Shown piece after piece: positions 13,500 through 26,694 of a DNA stretch of 64,000 nt; positions within the stretch are counted from its first letter, which is position 1; each line of letters begins with the position of its first letter. The translations under genes were made by a program, and so were the position numbers. Under the pieces are notes generated by a model. It made no database searches, was not told the DNA's origin, and saw nothing but the letters and a program-made list of their open reading frames with translations. The stretch is from the NCBI RefSeq assembly GCF_009914755.1, contig NC_060936.1; one strand, given 5' to 3'. This DNA is from the human T2T-CHM13v2.0 reference genome, Homo sapiens.

Positions 13500-13700
13500 C
13501 AGAAAACTTACCTACTGTGTGCTGGGCACTGTGTCAAGTACTTCACCTGCAATAATCCTAAAGATCCTACAAACAACCCTATGAGCTAGGTGTTTTTATT
13601 ATACCTAAGCCACAGATGAAATAATATAAGATGCAGTGAAGTTAAGAAAATTGGCTGAGTTCACATGACTTGCTAAAGAAGCAGAAATAGGACTTAAAAT
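13500..13700 (-). mobile_element. MIR
   Basis: ctactgtgtgctgggcactgtg...aacaaccctatgag...cagatgaa...gaagttaag. Confidence 0.7.
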
Positions 13701-13789
13701 TGCCACCTGCCTACTCGCATCCCTGGCAGACCAGATGCCCACTGACATGGCTTTTGGTTTCTATAGCACATATCACTTCTAAGATATGT

Positions 13790-13930
13790 TAACATTCTAT
13801 TGTCTTCTCTAATAAATTGTAAATTCCACACTGACAGAGACCTGGTTTGTTCACTTTTGTATCTCAAACACAAACAGTGCCTAGCACATACCAATTCTGT
13901 AAATATGTAGGAATGCAGAAATGAATGCAA
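13790..13930 (+). mobile_element. L2 3' end
   Basis: tgtaaattcc...acagagacctggtttgttcac...cagtgcctagcacata...aatgaatg. Confidence 0.7.
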
Positions 13931-14142
13931 CCTAATCCTAGGAGATTTTCCTTTCATATCTTTTCTCTTTCTTTACATTTTGCCTTGACTTTCTGAGTTT
14001 TCCCATATCCTTCCATTATGTTGCTTTTCTAAGAAAGTTATAATCACTTCCTGTTTATTGTAACCGGAGACTCAGAGTGATACTGAAAAATGCATTAGTT
14101 AAATATTGTTTAAATTATTGGGAGTTGCAAACAAAGTCACTC

Positions 14143-15075
14143 TCTGTCCTCCTTATTTACAGATACTGTGTTTGAAAATGTACTTGCTAAAATGTACTTG
14201 TAATTCCAAAATCAATGTTCCTGGTGGTTTTATGCTCATTTTTGAACATACACGGAACAGAAAAAAAAATTAAGTTTTCACCTTAGATGGAACAAGGTGA
14301 CACTCTGCTTTCTTGTTTCAGCCCTCATACCATAAACAAGTGTCCTTTTTGTAGTCTATTTAGTGCCAGACTCTTTGCATTTTTGTGTTTCTTTCATGGA
14401 TGATTTTGCTGTTTAACATGGACTGCAAGCATAGTGCTGAAGTCTTGTCTACCACAAGAAGGCAATGTGAGGTACCTGATGGAGAAAATGCAAAGATGCT
14501 TCATTCAGGCATGAGTGACAGACAGCAGGGCTGGCCATGAGTTCAATGTTAATGAGTTGGTGCTATGTATTAAATAAGGTGTCTTTAAACAGAAACACAT
14601 GTAAGATGAGGTTATGTATTCATTGATGGATAAGAAGGTTGTGACAAGAGGCTTGAAGAAATTTATCTCATTTCTCCTAGAAAATGTTCAGTACTTGATA
14701 ATTCCGTGTCCAAGGTGACTCTATAGAACATAATTAATGTGGGTTGGGGAAAAATTGGTCAATGAATACAAATTATTTGTTAGATAAAAGGAAAAAGTTC
14801 AGGAGAACTATTGTATAACATAGTGACTATAGTTCACAACAATGTATGGTATTCTTGAAAATTGCTAAGAAAGTAGATTTCAAGTGTTTTTACCACAAAA
14901 AATAAGTATGGAGCAATGCATACATTAATTAGCTTGATTTATTTCTACAAAGTATGGTATGCATATTTCAAAATACAAGGCTGTATATCATCAATATATA
15001 CAGTTTTTATTTGTCAACTAAAAAATTTAAAAAAGAAAAAAGAAAATAACTGCTGCAGATAACAAGAATTTATTT
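14143..15075 (+). mobile_element. MER82 (TcMar-Tigger) interrupted near its end by an L1MA 3' fragment
   Basis: aacaaggtgacactctgctttcttgtttcagccctcatac and aaataaggtgtctttaaacagaaacac match MER82; last ~30 bp resume at 15042. Confidence 0.8.
14737..15040 (+). mobile_element. L1MA (MA4/5-like) 3' end
   Basis: gtgactatagttcacaacaatg...gaaaattgctaagaaagtagatt...tttttatttgtcaa plus A tail; degenerate TSD agaa(c/a)ataa at 14725 and 15041. Confidence 0.8.
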
Positions 15076-16124
15076 CTACTTGGGAAAACCGTGATTATAG
15101 ATTATCCTTAATGTTTCTCCATCTTTGCAGATTTTTTTATGTAAAGAAATAGAAAATCATCAGGGTTAAAATTTGTCTCCACTTTCTATGATAGAATCAT
15201 CTTTTCAAAACATTGACTATTGTTTCAGAGATGGCTTAATTAACAGTGTTACAAGGAAGTTATTAAAGGTAATGTGTATTTCCAGGTTTGTGCATAGGGT
15301 AACTTGCCTTGTTCTTGGCTGCCTGCGATATTTATTGTTCTTGGTCTGTTGGCATTTTTATGATGCTGTGATTCAAATTTTATAGCTGTTTTACTGGGCT
15401 AATTTTCCATGCTGCATTTCATCAGCCCATCTCAGACACCCATCAAGTTAACTCCCCTCCCTTCTGCATGACTTGATGCTGTGAACTGCACCTCCCCGTC
15501 ATCCAGAAATCTTGTGGGCACACTGTGCTTTGCAGCAGTCTGGAAACAGAGGTCAGGGAAGAGAAACATGCGACACAAAACGTTTCCCAAAACCTTTTCT
15601 CACGGAATGCCTAGGAGGTGAGGAGAGCTCCCTTTTCCATCAAACATTTCTAACTGTTGTAAGAGCTGTAAAGAGTAGCTATAAAATTAATGAGATAAGT
15701 GTTAAATTATGCACCAGATCTCCACTGTGATAAATTAACATGGCCAAATTAATAGTTTCCTCTCTCCTGATAAGATCTCATCTTGATGTGGCCTAGGTTG
15801 AGGGGAGCTTTGCATTTAGGTAGGGATGCAATAAAGAGATTGTGGCATTTAGTTCCCCAATGTGTCTCTTGATTTGAAGACTGGTGATACCACATCTTTC
15901 TCAATGACCCCAACCATAATGAGCTAATTTATTTTTTCAATAACACTCTATTGTTGTTGACTATTACTGTGCAGATACAACAGGCTGTGCTGTGCTTCTT
16001 CCTTTGAATACCTCAAATTCCATTTTCTTGGTTTTCAAATCCTGAAAGCGGAGAGTTGTGAGCTGGGAACATTATCCCTCTATGACTGGATGTGCGGAAT
16101 TTGAATCAGAATGACCCAATGAGC

Positions 16125-16211
16125 TTGGAACTGGGCCCCTCCTAAGACATGGGGCTTTCAGTGCGAAAGCTGAAAAAGTCCCAGGCAAACTGGGAGGAGC
16201 TGGACACCCTG
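16125..16211. mobile_element. MER81 (hAT-Blackjack) fragment
   Basis: ggctttcagtgcgaaagctgaaaaagtcccaggcaaactgggaggagctggacaccctg. Confidence 0.6.
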
Positions 16212-17375
16212 TGAACCATCCCCTCGCAGTGTGTCTGACTACGGTACCCAGTCTTTCCCACTGCAAGTGAGGGAGTGGAGTTTTGAGAACACCAGAGAAC
16301 ACATTTCAATCTTATTTTAAACTTAGGTACACTGCGGGAAAAATTGTGATCGAAATTTTTTTTAAAAGAATGAACAACCTCCCCCTACATCTCACTCTGC
16401 AACATCCACTTCCATCTTCACCTCCTTACTTCAGATTCCCTTTTTACTTAATTTGTTCAACAATCATTTATTGAGTACTGCCTACTGTGTACAAGCCAAG
16501 TACTAACCGGTGTCATGCCTGCATGCCAGGATAGATCATGCACATGCTCACTCTCTCTCTCTCTTTTTTCTTTCCTCTCTCTCTTTCCATATCTGTCTCC
16601 ATTTCTCTCATTCTTTCTGTGTGTATTAGGTACACATTCTCAGTCTGCCTAATCAACTTAACATTTATTTCTAGCCCTGTTTAGTCAGATGGCACAAAGC
16701 ATCAGCTCACCAATTCTAACTTATTTCAAAAAATATGCATTACACTCAATTAATTTGTAATTCCATCCTCCTCTTTTTCATGGAGTTGAGTCTGAGCACC
16801 AAGAGGCTCACACAGGACTGTCGTGGGCACATAAGTAGTTCTCAGCTCTTCTCTGTCTGACGCTGGTGTCCACAGAGATGGTTTTCCTGTCTGACTTCTT
16901 TTCCTCCTTAACCTTCTCTGATAAGTTTGCATTCCCAGCTGGTCCCCCAATATGAGATTTGCCACATATCCATAATGGTGCACCCTGAACCCAGTCACGA
17001 GGCCCATCCTTGTCCTCCAGTGCTGCTGGCTCAAAAGACTGTTTGGCTTCTCCATTCACTGGGGAAACACTGAACTGGGTGGTCCTTTCAGGCCTCTGTG
17101 CCTTGAATTCACATGGGGCCATCTTTAGTCTACTCTCTTAAACCAAGGTGGCACGAGGAACTCTATGGCAACTGGATAAGAAAAGAGATCCAGGTCTCTT
17201 CTATTCCAGATCTCCCAAACCATCTGGAAGACCTATGACTCCATTATCACCACTTAGGACCAAGACCAGTGGGTGGCAACGATGTACTTTCCCTTGCTTT
17301 CCCTCCAGACACATTCTACCCTCAAGTACATGGGGGTGTTTATTAGAGGAAAACTAGAAGAGTCCATTCTGATAG

Positions 17376-17712
<337 letters not shown>

Positions 17713-18770
17713 AGATCATATATGTTCTCTGCCTATTGTTTAGGTCAAATTTTAAGGTTAAAGTTAAATCAATCCACTAAAACACCAAGTAGGTTCAAAG
17801 GATACAAATCTCCTTAAGAGCAGTCGCTCTCTTGGGTTTCAGTATTCTATTGTGAAAGCCCAAAGCTCAGAATGGATTTACTTACTTTTCTTTTTGGCTT
17901 GGTTTTGGTCCTACCTTGGGTAATATGACGGGAATGTCCTAGCTTCTAGGGTTGGAGATAAGTGTGGGTAGGAGGAAGAGTGAGAAAATTCACAGCTTGT
18001 TTAATATTTGGTCATATTATCCTGATACATGGCATGTTTGTGTCTGTAAATAGACCTTGACCTTTTGGATGTCAGAATGTTTCCTTTACTAACTTTCATC
18101 CCATCCCCAGGACCACATACAAAGTTGTTCTGTTCTTGGTCTGGCCTGGGGCTTGGTTGACTTCAGCATGGCCCCTCCGGGACAGAAGATGGTGTACTGA
18201 AAAATGATTAATAAACCTAGAGAGAGAAAAAAACCAAAGCTTCTCCCAGGAAATCAACCAGATATAAATAAGCCTCTTCCTTCCCTAGTAAATGTTAATA
18301 TTTAAATATTTACTTCAAACAAATACATTTAAATAAAACTTCTGCCAAAGTTAAATCAATCCACTAAAACACACTTAAGAAACTAAAAGTGTAAAATCTG
18401 AAGGTCATGCATTCAGTCTGAGACTGACTTGTGCTGGGGAAATTAAAGAGGTAAACCAACAAAACTGTCTTCCATACCAGCGTGAGAGGACACACAGTTC
18501 AGCAATGAGTAAGCATTACACATGGACATGGATGCGAACGTGGCTCAACAGTGTCAATGAAGCCTGGAAAGAATTTCATATGTATTTATGAAATGGAAGA
18601 AAGAAAAATTAAAGCCTCTCTTATCTTCTTGAATGATAAATGGATGCCTCTGTGATTGTCTCCTTGTGTTTGTATCTTGTGAGAGATCACTGAGCTAATT
18701 CTGAAGCAGAGTGGGCCAGAAAGCTCATGACCTTGTTTTGCAAAATCAAAATGCCAGACTTTTAAAACTG

Positions 18771-19040
18771 TATTTATTTTTATTTTTTAGAGACAGTGTG
18801 TCCTATGTTGCGTAGGCAGGAGTGTAGTAGGGCGATCATAGCTTACTGCAGTCTTGACCTGGGCTCAAGTGATCCTCCCACCTCAGCCTCCTGAGTAGCT
18901 AGGACCACAGGTGCATGACACTATGCCTGGCTAATTTTTTATTTTATTTTATTTTTTGCAGAGGCAGGGTCTCCCTATGTTGCTCAGGATGGTCTCAAAC
19001 TCCAAGGTCCAAAGGATCCTTTGGCCTCAGCCTCTCAAAT
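18771..19040 (-). mobile_element. AluJ (5'-truncated)
   Basis: gatcatagcttactgcagtcttgacctgggctcaagtgatcctcccacc. Confidence 0.85.
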
Positions 19041-19044
19041 ATCC

Positions 19045-19394
<350 letters not shown>

Positions 19395-20012
19395 TGAAAG
19401 CTTGACTATTTTCCCTTACGGTTGAAATCAGATGAAAATCATCCCTATGTGAGGGAAGTGGTTCTTTTCCTACGCACAGGCAGCCCATCATGGTTTACAA
19501 GATCTTTTTTACATTAATTAACACAAACAATCCTCACAACAGCCTGCGTGGTGAGCAGAGCAAGAATGATTGTTTCCACTTTTCAGGGCAGAGAGACTAG
19601 TCCCAGAAAAGTTAAAGAGGTCACCTGGGGATGCTCAGTTGTCACGTGATGGAGGAAGAGAGGCAGTACGAGGCTTACAGTGCTATCACCTTGCGCACCT
19701 GTGTCCTCTTCATTCTGTCTGAGGAAAGCTGTTTCCAGAAGATTCCTCAGGGCTCCTTCAGCAGCTGAGAGCCTGGGAAACCAGCAGAGTCAGCCATTCT
19801 TCTCCTTACTCTATGCAGAGGACTCCAGGGAAGAGTCAGGGAGCACCTGGGGCTCTGACCTCTGCATTGTAAGTCCCCAGGTTGGCCCCATAGACTGGGT
19901 TAGCATGTGTTCTCCTTTCCCAGGACTTTCAGCCTCATGCTGCATGTCTTGTGGATGTTGTGCTAGGTTTTCATGTGATTAACAAGATTTATTTCAAAAC
20001 TAAGTATTTTGG

Positions 20013-20388
<376 letters not shown>

Positions 20389-20559
20389 TTACATTTTTAC
20401 AGTTTAAAAATGGTTACAACATCTGCTGTTTGCTTATTAAAATGGGACCATAATATATAAATTTGTAATTTAAAAATGTCTCTAATGGTTTTATTCCCCT
20501 CCCGCCCCGTCATCCCAAAGTATTTACAATTTGGAATTTATCTTTTTAGAGTTGTTTGT

Positions 20560-20860
20560 GAACACTTGCAGGTGTCTGTATGTGGTCAAATACACTTATC
20601 TATAACTTACTTTTTTCACGTAATGTTTCTTGTGCATCTTTGCGTATGGGTTCACCTAAACCTACTACATTATTTTAAAGACTGCAATGCATCCCATTTA
20701 ATTTAACTCACCCCTGATGATGTACATTTTTGGTGAGCCCATTTTTCTTACTCTCAATGGTGTTCCATTTTACATGCTTTTTTTTTTTACATTTTTGTCC
20801 AAATATTGCTGTAGAATACATTTATAGAAGAATAATTTTGAGTTCAAGTAATATAACAAT
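20560..20860 (-). mobile_element. Old L1M (L1ME-like) fragment
   Basis: T-rich antisense L1 3'-region-like sequence; highly degenerate. Confidence 0.4.
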
Positions 20861-20974
20861 TATATATATTAATTTCATAAATATTCATATTCATCAATTA
20901 TACATATATGTTTATATATGTATGTATATATATAAGAATTATATATATAAAACAATTATATATATATATATATA
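20860..20974. repeat. (TA)-rich simple repeat
   Basis: Degenerate to pure TA runs. Confidence 0.9.
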
Positions 20975-21170
20975 GTCCATGCCATTCAGAGTGTTACACA
21001 TGAGAGAGCATGTAATTAGGTGGGTTCTCCATGACCCCCAGCTGCTGGACTGGCACCTGAGTCAAACTTTCAGATCTACACAGTGCAGGGCCTTCTTTTC
21101 AAATTGGAACAACCTCCTTATGAGTTAGTGAGTGAATGATTACTACAGAGGAGAAGCAGAGGCTATATCA
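20975..21170 (+). repeat. Copy A of ~195-bp inverted duplication
   Basis: Hand alignment to reverse complement of 23569-23763: about 26 substitutions and 1 indel (~86% identity). Confidence 0.92.
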
Positions 21171-22253
21171 GACTATATATATTCATAATTTTTGACCTCC
21201 AAATAATGGTAGTTAGAATCCCATCAATGACACCTTCCTCCATCTGGTTGAAAATGATCATTCAGGTCTATTTTTGTGTATGCCAATTGCACTTTAAGTG
21301 ATGAAGACCCTTTCCAGTGCGGTTCACAATCTGCACGTCACCTGCTCCTGGCATCGTCACCAGCCCTTCATGCTGCAGCCCCTCCTTCCCACATCTCTGT
21401 TCATACAGTACCCATCTATCTTTATATAATCAAACTTCCTGTGTATTTTACTTCTCTCTTCCCACCCTTGCCCACGTCGGTACCCATGTCCTACTCATCT
21501 CCCAGGCATCTTCTCAGGAACCTTTTCTTCATCATCTACAGTAAGCAATGTGCCTCCATAATGCACCCCCATAATGCCCATGTTTTGTAGAGCCCAGTGC
21601 ATCTGAATTGATTTGCTTAACCTAGTGCATCTGCATTGATTTGCTGTACACTCCCATGGGGGCAGAAGCCACTTCTGATGGACTAGGATTAGACCAGTCT
21701 ATGCCCATCCCTCACATAATCAATATGAAGAGGGGAGGAATAGATGGGGGAAAAGGACCTTGGTCTTATGAATGGTCTTAAAGACAGGAATGGGGCAGAA
21801 ATAAATGTGGTCCCCACTGCCCACAGATTGAGCAAGAGGAAGGATCTTTCAGATAAAGACAGCTAATTTTTCTTTGAACTTCTCTTTGAGAATGGTTCCT
21901 CAAAGAAAAATTAGCTGCCTGTATCTGAAAAAGGAGTGATTTCTGATTGCCAAAAACAGCAGGTGAGCTCAACATGGTCTAATTTTGTTTTTCCTTTGCA
22001 TATAATTTTTGCTATTTTATGAATTTGTGGATCTAGAAATTGGCACTGTCTGCAACTGGCACTAAACTGGGCACTTAATACAGTGTGATTATTTAGAAGC
22101 CCGTTGTGCTCTGCTTCCTTTGGGTGTCTCCATGGTGGAAGCTGTAAAAGGAATCCCAGGATATGGAGAGGAGGACAAGGAAGGACTCTAAACTGTGAGC
22201 TCTGTGGCTTGTGAACTTATTCTAGGTGATGCATCAAAGAAACCCTCAGTCGC

Positions 22254-22570
<317 letters not shown>

Positions 22571-23021
22571 TCAGTCGCAACCATTGTCCCATTCCCTGGT
22601 CACAATGAGTGAGAGTCAGAAGGCACATTAGATGGTCACCCCCTCATCCAATGCTGAGATTTCCCCCACTTTGGTGGCTTCAAGTAGACTTGGAAGAAAT
22701 AAGAAATACAAAAATGAGGTTTAAGTTCTATTCTGTGCTTAAAGATTTCCACAACACAAATTGATATGTTCACAAAAACACACCTACAAGGCAATGTGAC
22801 TTATTTGTGTCATCCACACGATAATGTCACACCAGAATAATGATAGGATGTGTATGTGAGGACATACCCTGCAGAGGCCACTGAAGGTAATGTGTGTTGG
22901 GAACAGGTGTGTAATGATGTCTGATGAACTAGTTTTCATCCTTCCAGTGTCTCTCATTGACTTCATTCACGTTCAGAAGCAACCTTAAAAGTTTGAGTTT
23001 TCTGAAATTTTTGAATATAAG

Positions 23022-23523
23022 TGTCCACTTAAAGAGCAGACAGAGAAAGATCCTCCGAAGATAAAGAGTTTATCATTGAGTGCACAGGGGATTTGTAAGC
23101 CCAGGACTTGCAGGGTATGGGGACCAAGGGCATGTCCAAAGAGGTTGAGGTGAGAAAAAGCTTTTAAAGGAAAAGGGAAAACATACACATAATTTGTTCT
23201 GAAACAGAGAGGAACATTGGTTACAGGGGCTATTCCAGGAGTTGAGGCCAGTTCATTAGTGGAGACAGTGTGGCAGGCAGGTGTTCTTGTACATCTGACT
23301 AGATGTCCTTGTGACTCAGGTAGCAAGCTGCAGTTTGAAAAGTTCTTGATAAAGTTCTTGTTACAGGCATATGTGGGTAAGAGCCCTTCAGAGTCTTTGT
23401 AAAAGTTCTTACCATAGGCATGTGTGCATGAGGTCATTTCCTTTCCTTTTCCTTCCTTCCTTCCCTCCTTCCTTCTTTCAGTTTGACACAAGTTGCTCCA
23501 TTTTGATTCTGACAGCTTTCACA
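23022..23523 (-). mobile_element. ERV1 solo LTR (MER67/MER4-group-like)
   Basis: Minus strand TG...CA ends, starts tgtgaaagctgtcagaatcaaaatggag; 4-bp TSD taag/ttag. Confidence 0.75.
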
Positions 23524-23568
23524 TTAGTTACCAGCCAACAAGCCTTTCTGATCTCCTAGGGTAAAGAT

Positions 23569-23763
23569 TGATCTAGCCTCTGCTTCTCCTCCGCAGTAAT
23601 TATCTGTTCACTCCCTCATAAGGAGGTTGTTCCAATTTGGAAAGAAAGCTCTCCACTGTACAGATCTGAAAGTTTGATTTGGGTGCTAGTCCAGCAGCTG
23701 GGGTCATGAAGCACCCACCTAATCACATGCCCTCTCATGTGTAACACTCTGAAAGACATGGAC
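23569..23763 (-). repeat. Copy B of ~195-bp inverted duplication
   Basis: Reverse complement aligns end to end with 20975-21170. Confidence 0.92.
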
Positions 23764-23789
23764 CATCTGGCCATCGTCCACTATGGTGG

Positions 23790-24320
23790 ACATTTATTGC
23801 TTGTTGAGAGCCTCAACAGCTGTACTCTCCTCTAGTAACAGACCCTTTTCTGGGGGAAATATGCCTCCCTTACTCTTAGTGGTGCGGGGTTTTCTCACCT
23901 CATTCTAGGGAAAGATCATATGAACCTCTCCTGGCCAATCAGAAACTCAAATTCCTTGAGCTCAGCAATTGGTTTATAAATGGATGCTTCATAATAATTC
24001 ATTTGGGATTAAAGGGAAGGAAAGTCCATGTGGAAATGTGAAAAGTGAGATACCCTCTTCTCCAAGAATCTAGAACAGGTAGAGCTATAAGGTTGCAACC
24101 ATTGCAGTCATGGTGGCTTCTCAGTGGATGAAACCAACATGAAGAAAAGGAACCAAGAAATGGAAAAAGAGGAGAACCCAAGTCTCCTGGATCAAGCCAC
24201 ACCTGAAAGGAACCCTACCCCTAAACATTTCAGTTATTTCAGACAGTACATGACCTTCACGCTTAAGCTAGCTTGAATTGGATTTTTATGACTTATATCC
24301 AAGAGAACTTTGATGAATCT
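23790..24320 (+). mobile_element. MLT1J/K-like LTR remnant
   Basis: ctggccaatcaga...cctggatcaagccacacctgaa...cttaagctagcttgaattggattt. Confidence 0.6.
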
Positions 24321-24721
24321 TTTTGCCTTGCTTCCCTCCCTCTCAACACTTGTGCTGTAACTTTTGTGTACAACCAATATTACAGCAAAGAATGCTGCCA
24401 ACAACAGCAACTCAGGTATCAGTTCTAATTGTGTGTGGGCCCATTTGCTCACTTGGGTCAGCCACGTGTCAGTGATAAGCAACTCCAGGCCATTAGTTGT
24501 TCTAATATTAATGAAATATCTGATGCCACCCACTCCATACATCATGGGCCACACCAGCTTGTAAAGCACCCAGTGGCAGAGGGTGTTTCTCTTTGTTCTG
24601 CAGAATTGACCACCATCTTCCTGAAAGTCCTCAATGGGAAAGAAAATTTCTCTAAGGTATAAAGAAATCATAATAATAGCCATGATCTGGAGTTCAAACA
24701 AACTTCATAAGAAGATAATTG

Positions 24722-24805
24722 TTGGGAAGTGAAGGCAGGAGATTCGCTTGAGCCCAGGAGTTTGAGACCAGTCTGGCCAACATAGTGAGACCCCATCTCT
24801 ACAAA
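24722..24805 (+). mobile_element. FLAM / Alu left-monomer fragment
   Basis: gcttgagcccaggagtttgagaccagtctggccaacatagtgagaccccatctctacaaa. Confidence 0.85.
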
Positions 24806-24944
24806 GATGGTTTTTAAAAGATGATTAAATTATGAGAATAACCTTGAGAAACTGGTTATGAATAGGTATAGTTTGACCTGTATCTGGAAGAAAGTTTGTT
24901 TCTGCCCCAAGAATATGTTGTAATCTTTCCCCTGATGAAAGGAA

Positions 24945-25090
24945 GTATAGCAGTGTGGTGAAGAGCTGAGATCGGAAATCAGAAGAGACCTGGGTTGGCC
25001 TGCCACTTACTAGCAGTGAGTTCTTGAAAAAGTCACTCAGCCCCAAGCTACTTAACCTCTTAGAGACTCAGTATCCTTGTTCTCAAGAGT
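24945..25090 (+). mobile_element. MIR
   Basis: gtatagcagtgtggtgaagagc...ctgccacttactagcagtgag...cttaacctct. Confidence 0.7.
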
Positions 25091-26589
25091 TTCTGGATGA
25101 GGAGTTATTAATTTAAGACTCACCACCTTCAAAGTTCTGTCTCATTAGTGGCCGCATTTAAACAGACCCGGATCTGCACAACCTTATTAATATTCTTACT
25201 CACATACTTCGGTCTTAAATAATACATGGTCTTGAACATTTCCCAGGTAATTTTATTTTGTATCACATATTTTATCCAAACTTCTTTAAATTATTTAATT
25301 AGAATTTAAAAAGGCAGCAATCATGCCATTTACTTTTTCTGATTTTCTTGCTCAGTGGTATCTTAAATTACTTTAGTCATTTTCATCCACAACAGAAATA
25401 AATAGAGGTTGTACATAAAATTTAGGTCATATCAAGATTTTCTGATCCAATAAAAGTGCTGCTTGTTTAAGAAATCCTTCCAGGCAATTATAAATGTGTC
25501 AAACTAATGTAAAAGTATGACATTCGAGATTGAGTCCATGGTAATCATTTGAAAGCCGTTGCAAGTGTATTATATTTATGAGAAAAATATGCTTAAGTAT
25601 ACATGCTCCTATGTACTCTCTAGAGCTGATGTAACCAAAATTCAATTTGAGAAAAATCTCTAGAAAATAAAGCCATTGTTTGCCAAAGAAGATTTTGAAG
25701 GAGCTCAGAAAATTAATAATAAGAATTTTGATAATATTAATTTCATTGAGTTATGGAAAAAGATGGGTGGGGGAGGCTTCTAGCTCTCAAATCCTGAGAT
25801 TATGGGATATGTCAGCCCAGTCTATGAAACACTTGAGTTTTACATTCAGTATTTATGCAAGTCGGAAGAATTTGCAATATTTACAGTGGGGTTAATGAAG
25901 AAATGTTCCATGTCAGTGAATTTTGGCATGCAGGGCAGCCTGTCTTACATGGACTGTAGTGCCTTGGCCTTCAAAGGTCAGAAGTCAAGGGAATTTTGGG
26001 TTCATAATATATAGAAACAGTCATCTACTTGATCTGTTTATTGAATTTCTTATAAATATGACTGAAATAAGACAAAACCTTCTCTTCACCACTCCCTGAG
26101 AAATGGATGGTTTTCATTGTTTTTATGCCCAGCCAAACCTCACAGATTCTAATTAATCAGGAGAGGGGTGTAGGCATGGAGGAATTGTTCAAGTCCCCCA
26201 GATAATACTTATATATACCCGGGTCTGAGAACCACTTCCTATGAGAAATCCCTGTGAGCTGGGATGATATGATGGAGAAAATAGCTATGCCTTGTTTTCT
26301 CAGCAGAAAGGTGATCCTAAGAGAACAGAAGATGGGCTTTGATTCTCCTCTCAAGAACCAGGCTCACACTGTAGCTTTTCCTTCTACAAGTCTACATTTT
26401 CCTTGCTGCAGAGACTAGATAAAAAGGTTTGGTTTTCAAGAGTCTGAGTTCTTGGTGGTGGGTACAGGATGTTCCTAGGAAGAGAGGGTTCTAGGTGTTC
26501 ATTTGAGGGGAGTGGCCCATTGAGAGGGTTTTCTAGGGAAGTGACTCAATTTGGAGAATAGAGGAGTTGCCATCCTTCAAACTGTCCTC

Positions 26590-26694
26590 CCAACGGTCCC
26601 AGTTTACCCAGGACTAAGCTGTTTTCTGGAAAGCTGAACTTTCCATGCCAAAATAAAGACAGTCCTGTGCCAACTGGTATGGTTGGCCACCCTA
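26590..26694. mobile_element. MER81 (hAT-Blackjack)
   Basis: gtcccagtttacccaggact...gacagtcctgtgccaactggtatggttggccacccta. Confidence 0.6.

Noticed and set aside
16800-17370. Possible very old LTR (ERVL/Gypsy-type)
   Set aside because: LTR-like impression only; I cannot assign family or ends without a Dfam search
20965-21181. tatatatagtc ... gactatatata inverted ends around copy A as MITE TIRs with TA TSD
   Set aside because: Only 3 non-TA bases; copy B lacks the matching second end; too weak
22985-23491. 168-aa ORF
   Set aside because: Lies almost entirely in a solo LTR and a (CCTT)n tract
24234-24701. 155-aa minus-strand ORF, with overlapping plus-strand ORFs
   Set aside because: Non-ATG start, no domain I recognise, 3' part runs into an MLT1 remnant, no poly(A)/TSD of a processed pseudogene; a BLASTP/PhyloCSF run would settle it
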